From positions 4,421 to 68,420 of the forward strand of contig JAFVYL010000015.1 in NCBI GenBank assembly GCA_017508665.1: a DNA stretch of 64,000 bases. The letters run 5' to 3'. The position numbers and the translations under genes were made by a program. This DNA comes from Clostridia bacterium (GTDB lineage: Bacteria; Bacillota; Clostridia; Oscillospirales; CAG-272). A model generated the notes under the pieces. It did no database searches, had not been told where the DNA came from, and worked only from the letters and a program-made list of their open reading frames with translations. This document shows, one piece after another, positions 63,691-64,000 of this stretch (within the stretch, counting starts at the first letter, position 1; each line of letters starts with the position of its first letter).

Positions 63691-64000
63691 ATGGGATTTA
63701 CATTCGTACCCGAGTATTATTTTAGAACCTTTAACGAGGCAAGCGCGGACTTCCTTTGCAAGATAGGAGTGAAGGGAATAGTTCTTGATGTTGACAACAC
63801 TCTTGAGCCTTACGAAAATCCGCTTCCCGGAGAGCATGTAAAAACATGGCTGTCTGAGCTTAAAGAGCGGGGAATATCTGCCGCTATCGTTTCCAATAAC
63901 GGGGGGGAGCGAATTAATCTCTTCAATTCCGAGCTCGGACTTCCTGTATATTATAAGGCGAAAAAGCCATTCAAGAAAAACGTTTTGAATGCCATGCGTG
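63691..64000 (+). CDS. YqeG-family HAD-IIIA phosphatase, N-terminal part (runs off right edge)
   Basis: Manual translation MGFTFVPEYYFRTFNEASADFLCKIGVKGIVLDVDNTLEPYENPLP...AAIVSNN. DVDNTL is the HAD motif I. GAGGTGAGG RBS. Confidence 0.75.
   Translation, partial: MGFTFVPEYYFRTFNEASADFLCKIGVKGIVLDVDNTLEPYENPLPGEHVKTWLSELKERGISAAIVSNNGGERINLFNSELGLPVYYKAKKPFKKNVLNAMR

Noticed and set aside
1-64000. Search for mobile elements, prophage genes, integrases, tRNA/rRNA genes and toxin-antitoxin pairs
   Set aside because: None were recognised on either strand. All long ORFs are accounted for by the listed genes or are shadow ORFs.

Overview
Chromosomal window from a Firmicutes/Clostridia-like genome. 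This is inferred from gene order, GGAGG-type RBSs and sigma-A-type promoters; the species cannot be named from sequence alone. It holds about 60 protein genes and is almost fully coding. I found no rRNA, tRNA, CRISPR array, transposase or integrase.

Housekeeping backbone:
- Left part: the end of rpsF, ispE, hslO, a PPi-type phosphofructokinase, metK behind a SAM-I riboswitch, and a RecD2-like helicase.
- A minus-strand dcw cluster: mraZ-rsmH-X-pbp-murE-murF-mraY-ftsW-murG-ftsZ.
- Middle part: ispDF, rpe, ruvAB, then nusB-tsaD-like-xseAB-tlyA-nadK-argR-recN.
- Right part: murB, whiA, dnaE, cvpA, a Clp-type double AAA+ unfoldase and an Mrp/NBP35 ATPase.

Accessory content:
1. At 7.9-13.2 kb, a three-gene operon: a TerB-N/TerB-C protein, a DUF2791/BrxD-like ATPase and an SF2 helicase. 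It matches the Shango antiphage architecture and is the best candidate for a conflict system here. The family is already named, but its mechanism is unknown.
2. Next to it, an AT-rich gene for a 976-aa lipoprotein with Cys-rich repeats and an HExxH...E metallopeptidase motif.
3. A PadR-DUF1700-TM-DUF4097 operon.
4. A heterodimeric ABC exporter with one degenerate ATP site. It is preceded by a 23-codon leader ORF and tandem terminators, so it is a candidate for ribosome-mediated attenuation.

Three genes (murB, whiA and the first ABC gene) have frame disruptions near the 5' end, and each would be repaired by adding one base. Fourteen promoters share one strict grammar: a -35 hexamer, a 17-nt spacer and a TG-extended -10.

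Start codons were refined by hand from the ORF track using RBS position and N-terminal family conservation. All family assignments come from motif recognition by eye, not database searches.
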